From: Octopus bimaculoides
Taxonomy: Eukaryota
Length of the DNA stretch: 34,284 bases
Assembly (NCBI RefSeq): GCF_001194135.2
Contig: NC_069006.1
Coordinates: 10,497,671-10,531,954, forward strand
Direction of reading: 5' to 3'
Both the position numbers and the translations under genes were made by a program. Positions 31,842 to 34,284 of this stretch are shown here, piece after piece. The notes under the pieces were generated by a model. It searched no databases, had not been told where the DNA came from, and saw only the letters and a list, made by a program, of their open reading frames with translations. The number at the start of each line of letters is the position of its first letter. Positions within the stretch are counted from its first letter, which is position 1.

Positions 31842-33664
31842 GTGGCAAGATTTACCCAATTTAACATACTTGATTTTTATCCGTATATATCAAAAGAGTT
31901 ACTGGTCAAAGCGCTCTCCTTTGCTAGGGGCTTCACTTGCATTAGTGACAGGGATATAGATGTTGTTATGCACACCAAGAAAACAGTCCTGTTCAATAAA
32001 GGTTCAGCCTGGGTCAAGCAATCTGATCCCACAGGCTCCTTTGATGTAGCAATGGGGCCCTTCGACAGTGCTGATGTATGCGATCTCACCGGGTTGTCTA
32101 TCTATCCTTGGTACCCTTAAGAAAAGTTCCTCTCTGTCCTCTTTGGTCTCTACAGAGATGACACCCTGGCCATTTCTAGAGGAGCAATCGGGCACACACT
32201 AGACCAGCTTAGGCAAGGTCTACTTAGCACATTTGGCTCCATAGGATTGAAAATCACCATCAAGACCAACCTCACCACCACGGACTTCTTTGACATCACG
32301 CTTGACTAGGGATCTGGTACATACAGGCCCTACCGCAAGCCAAATGAGAGGCTAACGTACATCAACAAAGCCTCTTGTCACCCACCCATCATGCTCAAAA
32401 ACCTTTCCTTCAGTCAAAAGATTTGTGATGCAGCAGCTCTCTGCTATAATGAGGCCCTAACTACTAACGGATTTAGGGACTGCATCTCCTACATGCCGGG
32501 CCCCAACATCCCTAGAAGGAAGTGCCACAGAAACATCATTTGGTTTGCCCACCCCCACTTCTCTCTTAATGTTAAAACGTCTGTAGGTAGGATATTCCTT
32601 AAGTTAACAGATAAACATTTTGCTAGTTCACATAGATACAGACAAATTTTCAACAGGCACAACCTTAGGGTCTCTTTTAGCTGTGCCCCAATATTAAGAG
32701 CCTTCTAGTTAGCACCCCTAGACCATGAGCAGAAGCAGGATGTTCATGCAGGGACCACAACAGAGGTTCAGTGAGGGGCCACTGTGAAACCAAGGGAGTG
32801 GTGTATGAAGCCAAGGTACTGGCTGACCCTAGCAGCAGCAGCAGCAACATCAGCAGCTCCCCTAATGGCAACCACAGTAGCAGAGACATCAGTAACATTA
32901 GTAGCAGCAGCAGAAATGCGAACAGAACCAACAGCACCATCACCAGCGACAACAGCAATAACAACTTCAATGACAGCAATGGCAGCACCCCTAACGACAA
33001 CAGCAATAACAGCGCCGGCAGCAACGGCAGCATCCCTAACGGAAATAGCAGCGGAGACATCGTCAATGACATCTCCAACAGCGATGACAGTGCCTCCATC
33101 AATGACGATGGTCATAATAACAACAACAGCGCCTTTACCAACACTGGCAATAGTGGCACCAACACTGGCAATAGTGGCACCAACACCATCACTACCTCCA
33201 ATGATGCCAACACCTGCAGTGCTAGTACCAACAGCAACAGTTCCAGCAACAATGATGGCAGTGATGCCAACACCAACAAACACACGACTCCGAACACCTG
33301 ACCACAGAGATACATTGGCTGTTCCGGGAGATCATTCAAACAACACCTCTCCAACCACAGATCTTCCTTCGGGATACTGGGAAGGAGATTCGTCACGTCA
33401 TTAGCCAGCCATGTATGGCAGCTGACAGACGACGGGATTCCATACACAATATTATGGAGTAGCCTAGAAAATCCAGGCCCCTACATTAACAGGAGAAATC
33501 ACTGTAAATTATGCATAGCGGAACAGGTGAGGATCCTAAAGGACTCCCTCGACCCTGGGAACATCCTGAGCTCCAGAACGGAGGTCTTTAGACTGTGCTT
33601 ACATTTCAGAAAATCCCTGCTAGCCTATTGGAATCCACAGGATAACAGGATCACCAGTGATTGA
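31842..33664 (+). pseudogene. Naiad-like PLE RT + GIY-YIG, frameshifted and stop-interrupted
   Basis: QFNILDFYPYISKELL, FDVAMGPFDSADVCDLTG, GLYRDD (YRDD 32151-62), DFFDITLD, TYRPYRKPN, RNIIWF..FSLNVKTSVGRIFL, VSFSC, GCSC..GHC..VVYEA, RYIGCSGRSFKQHLSNHRSSF, LASHVW, CKLCIAEQ, CLH; the C-terminal CxLC...CxH pattern is Naiad-like. Confidence 0.9.
32831..33298 (+). repeat. Degenerate triplet-phased (AGC/AAC/ACC/GAC) low-complexity insertion, Ser/Asn/Thr/Asp-rich in the nuclease frame
   Basis: Lies between VVYEAKVLADP and PQRYIG; both flanks are in the same frame. Confidence 0.9.
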
Positions 33665-33772
33665 TAGCGAAGGAGAGACAATCCCCATTGTTGACATTGA
33701 GTAACGGAGTCCTTTCCTGCTCCATATTCGAGATAGGCCACTCACTAGAGAGGCCTTTAACCAACAGGTTTT

Positions 33773-33833
33773 GTGATTTGATGTTATGCCATAAAGCTAA
33801 GTCCTTTATAGATGTGAAACCTAGGGTAATCTC
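33773..33833 (+). ncRNA. Decayed type I hammerhead in the Naiad pLTR (second copy on minus strand at 31750-31810)
   Basis: Right copy GTGAT-TTGATGT...GAAAC-CTAGG-GTA-ATCTC; left copy GGGAT-CTAATGA...GAAAC-CTAAG-ATA-ATCCC; consensus restores CTGATGA, stem I GGGAT/ATCCC and a GUA site. Confidence 0.55.
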
Positions 33834-33862
33834 ATAAACTAGTCTTATTTAACTTTGATATA

Positions 33863-34284
33863 TACGAGGGTGAGTGAAAAAGTAATGTCATTTTGTGTAG
33901 GACAGGTATAATTAGCAACACAGGGATATGTATCATACATCAAAATGAAGCTGGTCCTCTGTGGATCACATCCCTACTTCTCAACATAGTCACTGTTTCT
34001 CTCAATAGCAATGTTCCACCTTTGAATGAGAGCATGTATCCCTGCCCGATAAAATTCTGTTGACTGTTCTTTGAGCCACTTCTTCACTACCTCCACACTC
34101 ACCAGATTTAGCGCCTTCAGACTATCATCTCTTTGGCCCCATGAAAGAGCGTTTGAGAGGCAAACATTATTCCAGTGACGAGGAAGTGAAAACTGTAGTG
34201 AAGAAGTGGCTCAAAGAACAGTCAACAGAATTTTTCGGGGCAGGGATACATGCTCTCATTCGAAGGTGGAACATTGCTATTGAG
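33863..34284. mobile_element. Tc1/mariner non-autonomous fold-back derivative built from transposase 3' ends (continues past the window)
   Basis: TA then TACGAGGGTGAGTGAAAAAGTAATG terminus; plus strand 34090-34284 reads PPHSPDLAPSDYHLFGPMKERLRGKHYSSDEEVKTVVKKWLKEQSTEFF..IHALIRRWNIAIE (mariner YSPDLAP motif); about 34001-34090 is the reverse complement of 34195-34284. Confidence 0.9.

Larger units (their letters stand above)
31717..33865 (+). mobile_element. Decayed Naiad-like PLE with inverted ~130-bp pLTR copies (31717-31846 / 33737-33865)
   Basis: Terminal inverted repeat about 80% identical by hand alignment; contains the RT and GIY-YIG remnants listed separately. Confidence 0.85.

Noticed and set aside
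33299-33301. In-frame TGA in the Naiad ORF as selenocysteine (also TGA at 32726-32728)
   Set aside because: Some Naiads are reported to use Sec, but neither TGA is at a conserved Cys position, I identified no SECIS, and the ORF also has TAG/TAA stops and frameshifts
32784-33404. 206-aa mucin-like Thr/Ala ORF and antisense ORFs over the same interval
   Set aside because: Alternative frames of the low-complexity insert; only the Ser/Asn frame is continuous with the nuclease motifs
1-34284. CRISPR array, rRNA, or a prokaryotic operon or defence system
   Set aside because: No regularly spaced repeat-spacer array, no rRNA-like sequence and no gene-dense region; the DNA is eukaryotic and repeat-rich

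Overview
Repeat-saturated animal genomic DNA from a gapped draft assembly (10 N-gaps). The tRNA-headed SINEs, dense (TA)n/(CA)n/(GA)n tracts and Penelope-like elements fit an octopus/coleoid cephalopod (inference). I can support no intact host protein-coding gene. Nearly all ORF-track entries are microsatellite, SINE or N-gap translations. Supported content: about 40 SINE copies or fragments from several tRNA-derived families, four hAT-type MITEs with 8-bp TSDs, an RTE LINE 3' end, a fold-back mariner remnant, and decayed Penelope-like elements (PLEs) of three apparent types (Neptune-like RT+GIY-YIG, a short Penelope/Poseidon-like GIY-YIG remnant, Naiad-like RT+GIY-YIG). The most unusual signals, none shown by the ORF track, are: (i) five hammerhead-ribozyme (HHR) motifs of four unrelated sequence types at 21.6-24.2 kb, including a near-canonical type I HHR whose stem I is broken by two apparent CpG-decay changes; (ii) a tRNA-derived Pol III promoter joined to an HHR inside a PLE 3' end, a candidate retrozyme/SINE-like unit; (iii) an in-frame ~155-codon Ser/Asn-rich insertion splitting a Naiad GIY-YIG nuclease; (iv) all four combinations of two SINE 5' modules and two 3' modules. 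Family names come from motif recall, not database searches.
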